A DNA stretch of 64,000 nucleotides. Source: SAR86 cluster bacterium. Lineage in GTDB: Bacteria > Pseudomonadota > Gammaproteobacteria > Magnimaribacterales > AG-339-G14. The position numbers and the translations under genes are program-made. Location of the stretch: positions 24,842 through 88,841 of the forward strand of contig JAOIOC010000003.1 of the NCBI GenBank assembly GCA_028140145.1. Reading direction: 5' to 3'. The notes under the pieces are model-generated. The model worked only from the letters and a program-made list of their open reading frames with translations, had not been told where the DNA came from and searched no databases. Position 1 is the first letter of the stretch, and every line of letters begins with the position of its first letter. Below, piece by piece: positions 19,110 to 29,078 of the stretch.

Positions 19110-20689
19110 TTAACTTCTGGTGGAGTTTCAAAAGTGTGATACGGAGCTGGCGATGCAACAGTCCACTCCAATCCTTTGGCGCCTTCCCATACTTCAGAAG
19201 TAGCCTGTTTTCCAGCAAAAATACTCTTAAGAATAATAAATAAGAAGAGGAGTTGCGTTAAACCAAAAATGAACGCACCAATAGAAATCACCATATTAAA
19301 ATCTGCAAATTGAAGAGCGTAATCAGGAATTCTTCTAGGCATACCTGCTAATCCAACAAAATGCATGGGGAAGAAAGTAATGTTAACCGAAATAAAAGAC
19401 ATCCAAAAATGAGTTTTCCCTAAAACTTCGTCGTACATGTTACCCGTCCATTTTGGTAGCCAATAATAAACACCAGCGATTATTCCAAAAATAGCTCCGG
19501 GAACTAAAACGTAATGAAAATGCGCAACAACGAAGTAAGTATCGTGGTACTGAAAGTCAGCTGGAGCTATTGCAAGCATCAACCCTGATAATCCACCAAT
19601 AGTAAACAAAGCTACAAAAGCTATCGAAAAAAGCATCGGAGTTTCAAAAGAGATAGAACCTTTGAACATAGTCGATAACCAATTGAATACTTTCACTCCT
19701 GTTGGGATTGCAATCAACATGGTTGTGTACATGAAGAAAAGTTCACCTGCGATTGGCATTCCAACTGTAAACATGTGATGCGCCCAAACAATGAAAGAAA
19801 GGATAGCGATTGATGCTATTGCATAAACCATTGACGTGTATCCAAAAATTGGTTTTCTTGAGAAGGTTTCAATGATGTGCGATACGATTCCAAAAGCAGG
19901 CAAAATCATTATGTAAACCTCAGGGTGACCAAAGAACCAAAAGATATGTTGGAATAACACTGGATCTCCACCACCGGCAGCGTTGAAGAAACTGGTTCCA
20001 AAATGGATATCCATGAGCATCATAGTTACAGCCCCTGCAAGAACTGGCATTACAGCAATTAGAAGATAAGCAGTGATCAGCCAAGTCCAAGTAAACAATG
20101 GCATCTTCATGAAAGTCATTCCAGGTGCTCTCATGTTAAGAATTGTGGTTATGATATTTATGGATCCCATAATGGAAGATGCTCCCATGATGTGAACTGC
20201 GAAAATGAAGAAAGTTACTGTTGGCGGTGCGTAAGTTGTAGATAAAGGTGCATAGAAAGTCCAACCAAAGTTAGGACCTCCGCCTTCCATGAAAAAGGTG
20301 GAGATTAAAATTCCAAAAGCCACTGGGAGAATCCAAAAACTTAAGTTATTCATTCTCGGTAAAGCCATATCTGGAGCACCGATTTGCATAGGAATAATCC
20401 AGTTAGCCAAACCAACGAAAGCTGGCATGACCGCTCCAAAAACCATAATCAGACCATGATTAGTCAGCATTTGATTATAAAATTCTGGAGATACTATTTG
20501 GCTTCCAGGCTCAAATAGCTCAGCTCTGATAACCATTGCCATGGCACCACCTAAAAATAACATCAAAAAGCTAAACCAAAGGTAAAGCGTACCGATGTCT
20601 TTATGGTTAGTAGTGTATAACCATCTGGTTATACCTTTTGCTGGGCCGTGATGATGATCATCTGAATGCGAATCTATTACTGCGCTCAT
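19106..20689 (-). CDS. coxA: Cytochrome c oxidase subunit I (A1 type)
   Basis: TNHKDIG, WFFGHPEVY, WAHHM, VAHFHY, MPRR. Confidence 0.98.
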   Translation of the reverse strand: MSAVIDSHSDDHHHGPAKGITRWLYTTNHKDIGTLYLWFSFLMLFLGGAMAMVIRAELFEPGSQIVSPEFYNQMLTNHGLIMVFGAVMPAFVGLANWIIPMQIGAPDMALPRMNNLSFWILPVAFGILISTFFMEGGGPNFGWTFYAPLSTTYAPPTVTFFIFAVHIMGASSIMGSINIITTILNMRAPGMTFMKMPLFTWTWLITAYLLIAVMPVLAGAVTMMLMDIHFGTSFFNAAGGGDPVLFQHIFWFFGHPEVYIMILPAFGIVSHIIETFSRKPIFGYTSMVYAIASIAILSFIVWAHHMFTVGMPIAGELFFMYTTMLIAIPTGVKVFNWLSTMFKGSISFETPMLFSIAFVALFTIGGLSGLMLAIAPADFQYHDTYFVVAHFHYVLVPGAIFGIIAGVYYWLPKWTGNMYDEVLGKTHFWMSFISVNITFFPMHFVGLAGMPRRIPDYALQFADFNMVISIGAFIFGLTQLLFLFIILKSIFAGKQATSEVWEGAKGLEWTVASPAPYHTFETPPEVK

Positions 20690-20703
20690 AGTCCTTCCGT
20701 ATA

Positions 20704-21840
20704 TTAAAGTTTGTTATTTTTATAATCCAAAATTTCTTTTGGAATTACGATTTCTCCGTCACCGCTAGCATCGTTACCCCACGCCTTCCTCGTATAGGTT
20801 ATAACGGCTGCAATGTCGACTTCAGAAAGCTGTTCGGCGTATGACTGCATAGCAGCACCTTGAACACCTTCCATTAAAATTTCTATTTGTTTAGCTTTAT
20901 CATTTAGCACAAGATCGCTTCCTGCTAATGCTGGAAATACAGGAGGTAATCCTTCTCCATTGACTTGATGACAAGCTACACAATTGGTTTGGTAAACACC
21001 TTCTCCAATTTCATAAAGTTCTTCTGTTGACCAAAGCTTTTCAGTGAGAAGTGCTTGTTGAATTTTTGCTTCTTTCTTCTCATTTACCCAAAGTTCGTAA
21101 TCTTCAGGTGATACTGCTTTAACAACAACTGGCATGTAACCGTGATATTGCCCACACAGCTCAGTGCATTGACCTCTGAAAATTCCTTCTTCATCAACTT
21201 GTGTCCAAGCTGTGTTTATAAACCCAGGGATTGCATCTTGCTTTACTGCAAAATCTGGAACCCACCATGAGTGGATTACATCGTTAGCTGTGATTAAAAA
21301 TCTGATTCTTTTATTTGTTGGTATGACTAAAGGCTCGTCAACTTCCAAAAGATAGTTATCTGATTTGGGGGCAATGTTGTTTCTTTGATCTAAATCTGTG
21401 GATAGGTTACTGAAAAAACTTACTTCGTCTTCTAGGTACTCATACTGCCACTTCCATTGATGCCCAGTGATTAAAATATTGATATCTCCTTCTGCATCAT
21501 CGTATGCACGAATCATTGTAAAGGTTGCTGGAATGGCCATGACCGCCAAAATAACTGCAAATAATACGGTCCAAGTCATTTCTAGAACTGGATGGTCATC
21601 AAACTGAGCTGGTTTATCTCCCTCTTTTTTTCTAAAAGCAACTATGAGATAAACCATAAAGCCGAGCACTAATGCTCCAATGACCACGCATATCCAGAAA
21701 ATAGTCATGTGCAGATCAAAAATTTCTCTGCTGAGGGCATTAACACCCGGAGTCATATTCACGTCTCCCCAGCCAGCAAAAAGCGGAAGAGATACGCAAC
21801 AGGAAATTAATGCCGCAAAAATTCTTTTAATAAGTACCAT
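20704..21840 (-). CDS. coxB: Cytochrome c oxidase subunit II with fused C-terminal cytochrome c (caa3-type)
   Basis: DVIHSWW, CuA motif CTELCGQYHGYM, heme c motif CVACH. Confidence 0.96.
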   Translation of the reverse strand: MVLIKRIFAALISCCVSLPLFAGWGDVNMTPGVNALSREIFDLHMTIFWICVVIGALVLGFMVYLIVAFRKKEGDKPAQFDDHPVLEMTWTVLFAVILAVMAIPATFTMIRAYDDAEGDINILITGHQWKWQYEYLEDEVSFFSNLSTDLDQRNNIAPKSDNYLLEVDEPLVIPTNKRIRFLITANDVIHSWWVPDFAVKQDAIPGFINTAWTQVDEEGIFRGQCTELCGQYHGYMPVVVKAVSPEDYELWVNEKKEAKIQQALLTEKLWSTEELYEIGEGVYQTNCVACHQVNGEGLPPVFPALAGSDLVLNDKAKQIEILMEGVQGAAMQSYAEQLSEVDIAAVITYTRKAWGNDASGDGEIVIPKEILDYKNNKL

Positions 21841-21897
21841 TTAGTAATCTTTCATTAAGGTAGGCTGCGTAATTTTACTTCAAAAGTATGTGGAAAA

Positions 21898-22734
21898 CTA
21901 ACGCAAAGCCAATAAATTATTGGTCTTTGGAAGTTTTCCTGTCCAAGTTTTAAATGAAGCAGCTCCCTGTTCAACGAGCATCCCCCATCCGTCTGATACT
22001 GATTGAGCTCCATTGTTTTTAGCATCAATCATAAATTGGGTATCGGTCTGAGAGTAAGCTAAATCATAGGCTAGAGCGCAATTACTATACAAAGATGGAT
22101 CTATCGGTAAACTCTCATTTTCAAGGGTGGACATTGAGGTTGCGTTGATAATAAGGTCAAAAGAATGAAATTCATCCTGAATTGAATTAAAACTCGATGC
22201 TATAAGATTAGAATTTTTCCCTGAAGACTGTCTGTATAAGGATAAATCTTTAACTAGTTCTTGAGCTTTTTCAAGCGTCCTGTTCGTTATGCAAATGGTT
22301 TTGGGATTAAGATCCTGTAGACCAAAAGCAGCTCCTTTGGCTGCTCCGCCGGCTCCAAGGATTAAAATCTCCTTGCCGTAAAGATCAAATCCTAAATTTT
22401 GATTAATATCCTTTGCTAAGCCAATACAATCTGTATTATCTCCGACAATAATATCTCCCTTCTTATATAAATTATTAGAAGCGCCTATCATTTGCGCTTT
22501 TGTTGAAGAATCATTTGAAAATTTCAAAGCTAATTTTTTAAAAGGCAATGTGACGCTTAATCCAACACCAGATTTAAAAAAATCTTTAACAAAATTTTCG
22601 AAGTCTTCCTCATCAACTAAATATTTTCCAAATGAGATTTTAATTTTTTGCTGATCAGCAAAGTGGTGATGGATCTCTGGGGATCTACTATGTCTAATGG
22701 GATTACCAACTACTCCAAATTTTAAATTCTTCAT
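21898..22734 (-). CDS. aroE: Shikimate dehydrogenase
   Basis: GNPIRHSRSP, VTLPFK, DNTD, GAGGAA, MLVEQ; ATG 22734 overlaps the tsaC stop (ATGA). Confidence 0.93.
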   Translation of the reverse strand: MKNLKFGVVGNPIRHSRSPEIHHHFADQQKIKISFGKYLVDEEDFENFVKDFFKSGVGLSVTLPFKKLALKFSNDSSTKAQMIGASNNLYKKGDIIVGDNTDCIGLAKDINQNLGFDLYGKEILILGAGGAAKGAAFGLQDLNPKTICITNRTLEKAQELVKDLSLYRQSSGKNSNLIASSFNSIQDEFHSFDLIINATSMSTLENESLPIDPSLYSNCALAYDLAYSQTDTQFMIDAKNNGAQSVSDGWGMLVEQGAASFKTWTGKLPKTNNLLALR

Positions 22735-23234
22735 TTTCTTATCCACTCCCCAGTTTCTAGATTTTGTATTGGAGTAGCGCCTCCAAAATTGCCTATCTCT
22801 CCCTTAATGAGCGTTACCTCATTTCCAAAAATCTTTGTTACTTCGTCTGCTGACATAGCAGGTGGGTCGTCAGAAATATTTGCTGATGTGCTAGTCAGCA
22901 CTTTGCCAATTTTTTTTGTCAGTTTTATCACTTCAGGATGAGAACTATGACGGAGGGCAACCAAATCAGAATTTCCTTTAATCCATTCTGGGACATTTTC
23001 ATTTGCTCTAACAAGCCAGGTGTGAGGGCCAGGCCATGGCTTTTTAAGTTTTTCTATATCTTGTTTATCAAGGTGATTTATATATTTTTCAAAATGCCCA
23101 AAAACTCCACTTATTAGTATTAAGCCTTTGTCTATTGATCTTTTTTTTAACTCGCAAAGTTTAAAGACATCCTTTTTTGAGTCAGGATCACACCCTAGCC
23201 CATAAACTCCCTCGCATGGATAGGCATAGATCAT
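22731..23234 (-). CDS. tsaC: Threonylcarbamoyl-AMP synthase (YrdC/TsaC)
   Basis: AYPCEGVYGLGCDP, LKKR...KGLIL, WPGPHT, STSAN. Confidence 0.9.
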   Translation of the reverse strand: MIYAYPCEGVYGLGCDPDSKKDVFKLCELKKRSIDKGLILISGVFGHFEKYINHLDKQDIEKLKKPWPGPHTWLVRANENVPEWIKGNSDLVALRHSSHPEVIKLTKKIGKVLTSTSANISDDPPAMSADEVTKIFGNEVTLIKGEIGNFGGATPIQNLETGEWIRK

Positions 23235-23246
23235 TTTAAGATTGCT

Positions 23247-23723
23247 TTATTGATCCTCTAATAAGATTCTTTTTTGTTCTTCTCTTTGATCAGCTATTTT
23301 TTTAGCCAACTCCTTATCTCCGGTTCCTAGCATTTGGGCAGCTAAATGGCCTGCGTTTACTGCTCCTGCCTTTCCTATGGCTACAGTTGCAACTGGAACT
23401 CCTCTAGGCATTTGAACGGTTGAGAAAAGAGCATCCAAGCCATTTAAAGGTCCGCCATCCCCTGGAATTCCAATGACAGGTAGAGTCGTATGAGCAGCAA
23501 TATTTCCTGATAGATGTGCTGCCAACCCAGCAATTCCTACGAAAACTTTGGTGCCGTCCTTGATGGTATTTTCTATAAACTCTTTAAGGGCCTCCGGAGT
23601 TCTGTGAGCGCTCAATACTTTAATCACTGAACCAATTCCATAACCATCCAATACTTCTTTTGTTGCTTCTGCCAAAGCCATATCAGACTTTGATCCCATC
23701 ACAATTGCTACGCTATTAGTCAT
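23247..23723 (-). CDS. purE: N5-CAIR mutase / AIR carboxylase PurE
   Basis: MGSKSD, SAHRTP, AGLAAHL, STVQMP.GVPVATV. Confidence 0.96.
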   Translation of the reverse strand: MTNSVAIVMGSKSDMALAEATKEVLDGYGIGSVIKVLSAHRTPEALKEFIENTIKDGTKVFVGIAGLAAHLSGNIAAHTTLPVIGIPGDGGPLNGLDALFSTVQMPRGVPVATVAIGKAGAVNAGHLAAQMLGTGDKELAKKIADQREEQKRILLEDQ

Positions 23724-23789
23724 AATTTCTAAGATATTTAGTTTTTGTTAATTACCCACATATAATATATGTAAAGTAAATTTATAAAA

Positions 23790-24305
23790 ATGAAATTATT
23801 GAAGATTTTAGAATTTCCTGATCCTAGACTCAGAACAAAAGCAAAGCCTGTAAAGGAAGTTACTAATGTCCATAGAGAACTAATCGACAACATGATTCAC
23901 ACCATGTACGAAAGCAAGGGTATTGGTCTTGCTGCTACACAAGTGGATTTTCATGAAAGGATCTTGGTTATTGATATAAGCGAAGAAAGAGATGATCCTC
24001 AAGTATTTATCAATCCTGAGGTAGAAATTCTCAATAAAGATGAAAAGTCCGGCTATGAGGAAGGTTGCTTATCTGTACCGGGCTTTTATGAAGAAATAAT
24101 TAGACCTGAAAAAATCAAAGTCACCTACTTGGATAGAGATGGCAAGAAGCAAACTCTTATGCCTGAAGGTTTACTAGCTGTTGTCATCCAGCATGAAATG
24201 GATCATTTAGAGGGAATCCTCATGGTTGACTACATATCAAACATTAAAAGACAAAGAATAAAACAAAAACTCCAGAAATCTGCTAAAGAAAAATTAGCCT
24301 CCTGA
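23790..24305 (+). CDS. def: Peptide deformylase
   Basis: [21 protein letters not shown]. Confidence 0.97.
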   Translation: MKLLKILEFPDPRLRTKAKPVKEVTNVHRELIDNMIHTMYESKGIGLAATQVDFHERILVIDISEERDDPQVFINPEVEILNKDEKSGYEEGCLSVPGFYEEIIRPEKIKVTYLDRDGKKQTLMPEGLLAVVIQHEMDHLEGILMVDYISNIKRQRIKQKLQKSAKEKLAS

Positions 24306-24308
24306 TAA

Positions 24309-25244
24309 ATGAAAATAGCTTTTGCTGGAACTCCAGAAATTGCCGCTACAATTCTTCAATCTATTATTGATAAAAAAGATCATCAAGTTGTATGCGTTAT
24401 AACGTCAGTTGATAAACCTTCAGGCAGAGGCAGAAAATTAAAGCCTTCGCCAGTAAAAAAAATTTCCTTAGAGAATAACTTAACTTTGATGCAGCCTGAT
24501 TCACCTAAATCTGAGGAATTTATCGATGAGTTTAAAAATTATCAATGCGATGTTCTTTTAGTGGTGGCTTATGGTCATATTTTGACAGAGGAATTATTGG
24601 AAACACCTCAGTACGGCAGCGTAAATATCCATGCATCTCTTTTACCAAAATACAGGGGAGCTGCTCCAATACAAAGAGCTATTCTGAATGGTGATAAAAA
24701 AAGTGGACTGACTTTTATGAAGATGACGAAAGGACTTGATTCGGGACCTATGTCTAAACGGTTTGAAATTAAGATAGAAAAAGACGACACCACTGCTGAT
24801 TTAACATCGAAGATGGCTTCTTTAGCGGCAAAAGAAGTTAATAAATTTTGTTCTGATTGGCCAAATTTAATTGATAGTTTGGAAGAACAAAATGAAACAG
24901 ATGCGTCTTATTGTCCGAAGATTACAAGAAATGATGCGGTGATTGAATGGTCTGATAAGGCCAAAAAAATCAGTAAGACTATTAACGCAATGTACCCTAA
25001 CCCAATAATATCTATCGACATTAACGGTATAGGGATTAACCTCTGCAAATCAAAGGTCAATAAAAAGTTAATTGGCGACCCTGGAGAAATTATTGAATTT
25101 AATAAAAATATTCTTGCGATAGGTTGTGGAGATTTTGCAGTGGAAGTTACTGAACTTTGTAGGACAGGAAAAAATAAACTTTCCATTAAAGATTTTTATA
25201 ATGGGGCTCAAAAACTTTTGAAAGAAGGCGATATTATTTCTTGA
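24309..25244 (+). CDS. fmt: Methionyl-tRNA formyltransferase
   Basis: FAGTPE, VVAYG, NIHASLLPKYRGAAPIQ; follows def. Confidence 0.96.
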   Translation: MKIAFAGTPEIAATILQSIIDKKDHQVVCVITSVDKPSGRGRKLKPSPVKKISLENNLTLMQPDSPKSEEFIDEFKNYQCDVLLVVAYGHILTEELLETPQYGSVNIHASLLPKYRGAAPIQRAILNGDKKSGLTFMKMTKGLDSGPMSKRFEIKIEKDDTTADLTSKMASLAAKEVNKFCSDWPNLIDSLEEQNETDASYCPKITRNDAVIEWSDKAKKISKTINAMYPNPIISIDINGIGINLCKSKVNKKLIGDPGEIIEFNKNILAIGCGDFAVEVTELCRTGKNKLSIKDFYNGAQKLLKEGDIIS

Positions 25245-25292
25245 ATATTAGGTGTATAAATATCAATAAAGTTATAGTTAGAAAGAAATAAA

Positions 25293-26651
25293 TTGGAAAT
25301 TTTAATTCTCGGAGCTGGCCAAGTTGGCACTGAATTATCTGAGCTCCTTACAAATGATGGTCATAACATTACCATTGTTGATACAGATGCTGATCGACTT
25401 CAAAAAGCCTCCTCTCACATAGACTTAAAAACTGTGGAGGGCAATGCTTCCTATCCTAAAGTTTTAGAGCAAGCCGATATTAAAAATATAGATGTTGCTG
25501 TTGCGATGATGGAATCTGATGAGGTGAATATTATTGCCTGTCAGATGATAAAACTCCTCAATAAGGATACGAAAACAATGGCAAGAATTCGTACCTACGA
25601 ATATTTAAAAGGTAAGGGGAAACAAATCGTCGAGGGAGAACAAGGTATAGACGTCATTATTAGCCCGGAAGAATTGATAACTGCGCAAATTTGTAGGCTT
25701 ATTGAAAATCCTGGAGCTACTCAGATTATGGATTTTGCCAACGGTAAGGTATCCATGGTTTCAGTGAAAGCTAAAGAAGGCGCCCCAATAACAGGTCACA
25801 AAGTAGCAGAGCTTAGACAGCATATTCCCAAGGTTGATACTAGAATTGCAGCAATTTATAGAGAGGACAAAGTTATAGCTCCAAAAGGAGATGACATAGT
25901 TGAAACAGGAGACGAGGTGTTCTTCATAACAGAATCAAGAGATATAAAGAAAGTTATATCTGAGCTTCGAATGAAAGAAATAGCTTCGAAAACAATCATG
26001 ATTGCTGGAGGAGGAAGAATAGGAAGAAGACTTGCAGAATCTTTGGAAGGAAAATTTGATCTTAAGATAATTGAACTCAATAAAGATAGGTGCATTTATT
26101 TGTCAGAAAAACTAGGTTCCTCTTTAGTTTTGAATGGCGATTCATCAGATAGTGCTCTTCTAGAGGAGGAAAATATTGAAAAAACTGATTTCTTTTGCTC
26201 TGTTACTAATGATGATGAAGCGAATGTGATGTCTTCTATGTTGGCTAAAAAGATGGGTGCTAAAAAATCACTATCCTTGGTTAATAAAAATGCATACTTA
26301 GATCTAATATCGAAGGAACAAATAGATATCACCATTAATCCCTCAGAAATAACGATCGGATCGATTTTAGAAAATTTGTCTGATGAATCGCAATTGAAAA
26401 CATATTCTTTTAAAAGAAAAGGCGAAGCAGTTGAGCTAATTGCAACATCAAGAAATGGCTACCCAGGAGTTGTAGGAAAACAAATTGATCAGATAGAACT
26501 TCCTAAAGGATGTGTAATTGGGGCTATTTTCTCTGAAAATGCAATCAAAATCGCTCATCATGATACTAAAATCAATGAAAACGATCATCTGATTACTTTT
26601 ATAGCTGATAAAAAGAATCTTGAAGAAGTAACAGACATAATTTGTTCATAA
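25293..26651 (+). CDS. trkA: Trk potassium uptake system NAD-binding subunit
   Basis: Two RCK-N domains (GAGQVG, GGGRIG); TTG start. Confidence 0.95.
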   Translation: MEILILGAGQVGTELSELLTNDGHNITIVDTDADRLQKASSHIDLKTVEGNASYPKVLEQADIKNIDVAVAMMESDEVNIIACQMIKLLNKDTKTMARIRTYEYLKGKGKQIVEGEQGIDVIISPEELITAQICRLIENPGATQIMDFANGKVSMVSVKAKEGAPITGHKVAELRQHIPKVDTRIAAIYREDKVIAPKGDDIVETGDEVFFITESRDIKKVISELRMKEIASKTIMIAGGGRIGRRLAESLEGKFDLKIIELNKDRCIYLSEKLGSSLVLNGDSSDSALLEEENIEKTDFFCSVTNDDEANVMSSMLAKKMGAKKSLSLVNKNAYLDLISKEQIDITINPSEITIGSILENLSDESQLKTYSFKRKGEAVELIATSRNGYPGVVGKQIDQIELPKGCVIGAIFSENAIKIAHHDTKINENDHLITFIADKKNLEEVTDIICS

Positions 26652-26661
26652 ATAGAATTTA

Positions 26662-28113
26662 ATGAAAGTTAGACCCATTTTAAACCTTTTAGGCATAGGT
26701 TTAGTGTATTTTTCGTTTTTTCAGCTGCTTCCAATAGCGATATCCTTCATTTACGAAGAAAATAATTTCACTGATTATTCTGGAGCCTTTTTTATAACTC
26801 TTATTACAGGAATAGCGTTTTGGGTAGCTACTTATAAAGAAAAACAAGAAACAATTCGAATAAAAGAAGGATTCATCCTAACTGTTGCCTTTTGGGTCTT
26901 ATTCACCGTTTTTGCATCTTTACCTTTCCTTTTGAGCTCAACACACGATTTCTCTATCGTAGATGCCTATTTTGAAACAACATCAGCCCTTACAACCACT
27001 GGATCTACAATATTGGTTGGCCTGGAATCGTATAGTAAGTCCTTACTATTCTATAGAGCCCTATTACAATGGCTTGGGGGAATGGGAATAATTGTATTAG
27101 CAGTTGCAATCTTTCCACTTCTGGGAGTTGGAGGTATGCAATTATATAAAAATGAGGGCTCTGGGGTGATGGGAGACAATAAATTGAGGCCCAAAATTGC
27201 GGAAACAGCTAAATCCTTGTGGTTTATATACCTAATTTTGACTCTAAGCTGTTGTTTTTGTTACTTTTTTTCAGGTATGAACCTCTTTGATGCTGTGACT
27301 CACTCATTTACAACGGTAGCCATTGGTGGATTTTCAAATTATGACGAAAGTTTTGCCTACTTTGATAGCAATGCAATCTACTTAGTCTCTATAATATTTA
27401 TGTTTCTTTCTGGTGCCAATTTTTCCCTTCATTTCCTTGCCTATACAAAGTTAAACCCTAAGTATTACTTTCAAGATTCAGAATTTAAGTTTTATGGCAC
27501 CGTTATTCTTTCTGCTTTTCTTTTAATAACTGTTGCAATGATTTTTTACGGATCAGCTAATAACTTTGACTTAATTGTTACTACCGCTTTTCAAACAGTT
27601 TCTTTTGCAACCACAACAGGTTACGTAAATTCAGATTACTATCTATGGCCTTCTTTTATTCCTTTTATGCTTTTGATGCTAGGAGCAATCGGAGCTTGTG
27701 CTGGCTCTACGGGAGGCGGCATAAAGATGATTAGAGTTTTAGTTCTCTACAAACAAGGTGGAAGAGAACTTAAAAAATTGACCCATCCACAATCGGTTGT
27801 TCCAGTAAAAATTGGTGGGAAAATTCTTCAGCCAGAAATCGCGGAATCGGTTTGGGGTTTCTTTTCTGTGTACATGTTGGCGTATGTTTTTCTTACAACG
27901 TTTATGCTCTTGTACGGCTCAGATTTCATTACTGCATTTTCTGCAGTTGGTGCATCAATTAATAATTTAGGTCCTGGACTGGGCGATGTTTCTCAAAACT
28001 ATAGCTCTTTGAATGATATCTCTAAAATAACTTTATCATTTTCTATGATACTAGGAAGATTAGAAATTTATACGCTTCTTGTCTTACTAACTCCCTTCTT
28101 TTGGAAAAGTTAA
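26662..28113 (+). CDS. trkH: Trk potassium uptake permease
   Basis: Pore motifs TTTG, AIGG, TTTG, NNLG; WLGGMGII, GSTGGGIK, GRLE. Confidence 0.96.
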   Translation: MKVRPILNLLGIGLVYFSFFQLLPIAISFIYEENNFTDYSGAFFITLITGIAFWVATYKEKQETIRIKEGFILTVAFWVLFTVFASLPFLLSSTHDFSIVDAYFETTSALTTTGSTILVGLESYSKSLLFYRALLQWLGGMGIIVLAVAIFPLLGVGGMQLYKNEGSGVMGDNKLRPKIAETAKSLWFIYLILTLSCCFCYFFSGMNLFDAVTHSFTTVAIGGFSNYDESFAYFDSNAIYLVSIIFMFLSGANFSLHFLAYTKLNPKYYFQDSEFKFYGTVILSAFLLITVAMIFYGSANNFDLIVTTAFQTVSFATTTGYVNSDYYLWPSFIPFMLLMLGAIGACAGSTGGGIKMIRVLVLYKQGGRELKKLTHPQSVVPVKIGGKILQPEIAESVWGFFSVYMLAYVFLTTFMLLYGSDFITAFSAVGASINNLGPGLGDVSQNYSSLNDISKITLSFSMILGRLEIYTLLVLLTPFFWKS

Positions 28114-28131
28114 GTAAGTACTTACTATCAT

Positions 28132-28995
28132 TCAAACGTAATCAATGTATCCCTTAAATCTTTTATACTCCCATGCATATTGTTCAGGAGAAGCAAGAAT
28201 ATCGTCTTCCAGAACTTTATTCATTGACTCAAGGGACTTAGTTAGATCATCGGAAAAAAATTTCTCCCCTACTTCTCTTATATTGATTTGATATCCATCT
28301 TTGCCAAGCGTACAACTGCAATAAATTACATTACAGTTAGTCCTTTTAGCGATATTTGAAATCAAAGAATTGGTGAAGCAAGCTTTGCCAAAAAAATTAG
28401 CCGTATGTCGATTTTTGTTTTTCGGGACCTGATCGACTGCCATTGCTATCGTTCCTTTGTTGTTGATGTGTTCGAGCAAAAGTTTGGTACTTTTAAAGCC
28501 TATCCCAACCATCCTTGCTCCGTAATTTTGTCTTCCACTTTTTACAAGATTATTAATAATTTTATTTTTTACTTTTGTAAACGGAATAATAAGATTTTCT
28601 GATTTTGATGACATCCATGAAATTAATAATTCCATATTGCCAATATGGCTTGAGATGATTATCAAGCCTTTGTCTTCACCTAATAATGAATCAAATTTAC
28701 TTTCATTATTAACTCTAGAAATCAGAGGGTATATTTTTCTAGAGAAATCCCTTGAATTTGACCAAACATAAATAGCTTCGATTAAAGATAAAGATGTTTG
28801 TCTGACGCTACGTCTAGATAAATCCTCAATCTCTTCTTTAGTTTTGCTTTTAAAGACATGTTTGAGATTAGTTGAGCTAGTTTTAAGGCTTTTAGAGTTA
28901 GAAAAAACCATCAAAAAGCCTAAAATCCATCCAAAAGCTTGAAAAGCTCTAAAAGGGACAATTTTAGCCAAAAAAAACAGTATTTTTATGAACAT
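28132..28995 (-). CDS. Lipid A lauroyl/myristoyl acyltransferase (LpxL/HtrB family)
   Basis: SHIGNMELL (HxxxxE), DQ, FFG, PEQYAWEYKRFK. Confidence 0.87.
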   Translation of the reverse strand: MFIKILFFLAKIVPFRAFQAFGWILGFLMVFSNSKSLKTSSTNLKHVFKSKTKEEIEDLSRRSVRQTSLSLIEAIYVWSNSRDFSRKIYPLISRVNNESKFDSLLGEDKGLIIISSHIGNMELLISWMSSKSENLIIPFTKVKNKIINNLVKSGRQNYGARMVGIGFKSTKLLLEHINNKGTIAMAVDQVPKNKNRHTANFFGKACFTNSLISNIAKRTNCNVIYCSCTLGKDGYQINIREVGEKFFSDDLTKSLESMNKVLEDDILASPEQYAWEYKRFKGYIDYV

Positions 28996-29078
28996 TTCAG
29001 TCCATTATATTCAACATTCAAGTAGAATTAGTAAGAAATCAGTCTATTTTATTGAATCTAATCCAAATCATCGTATAA

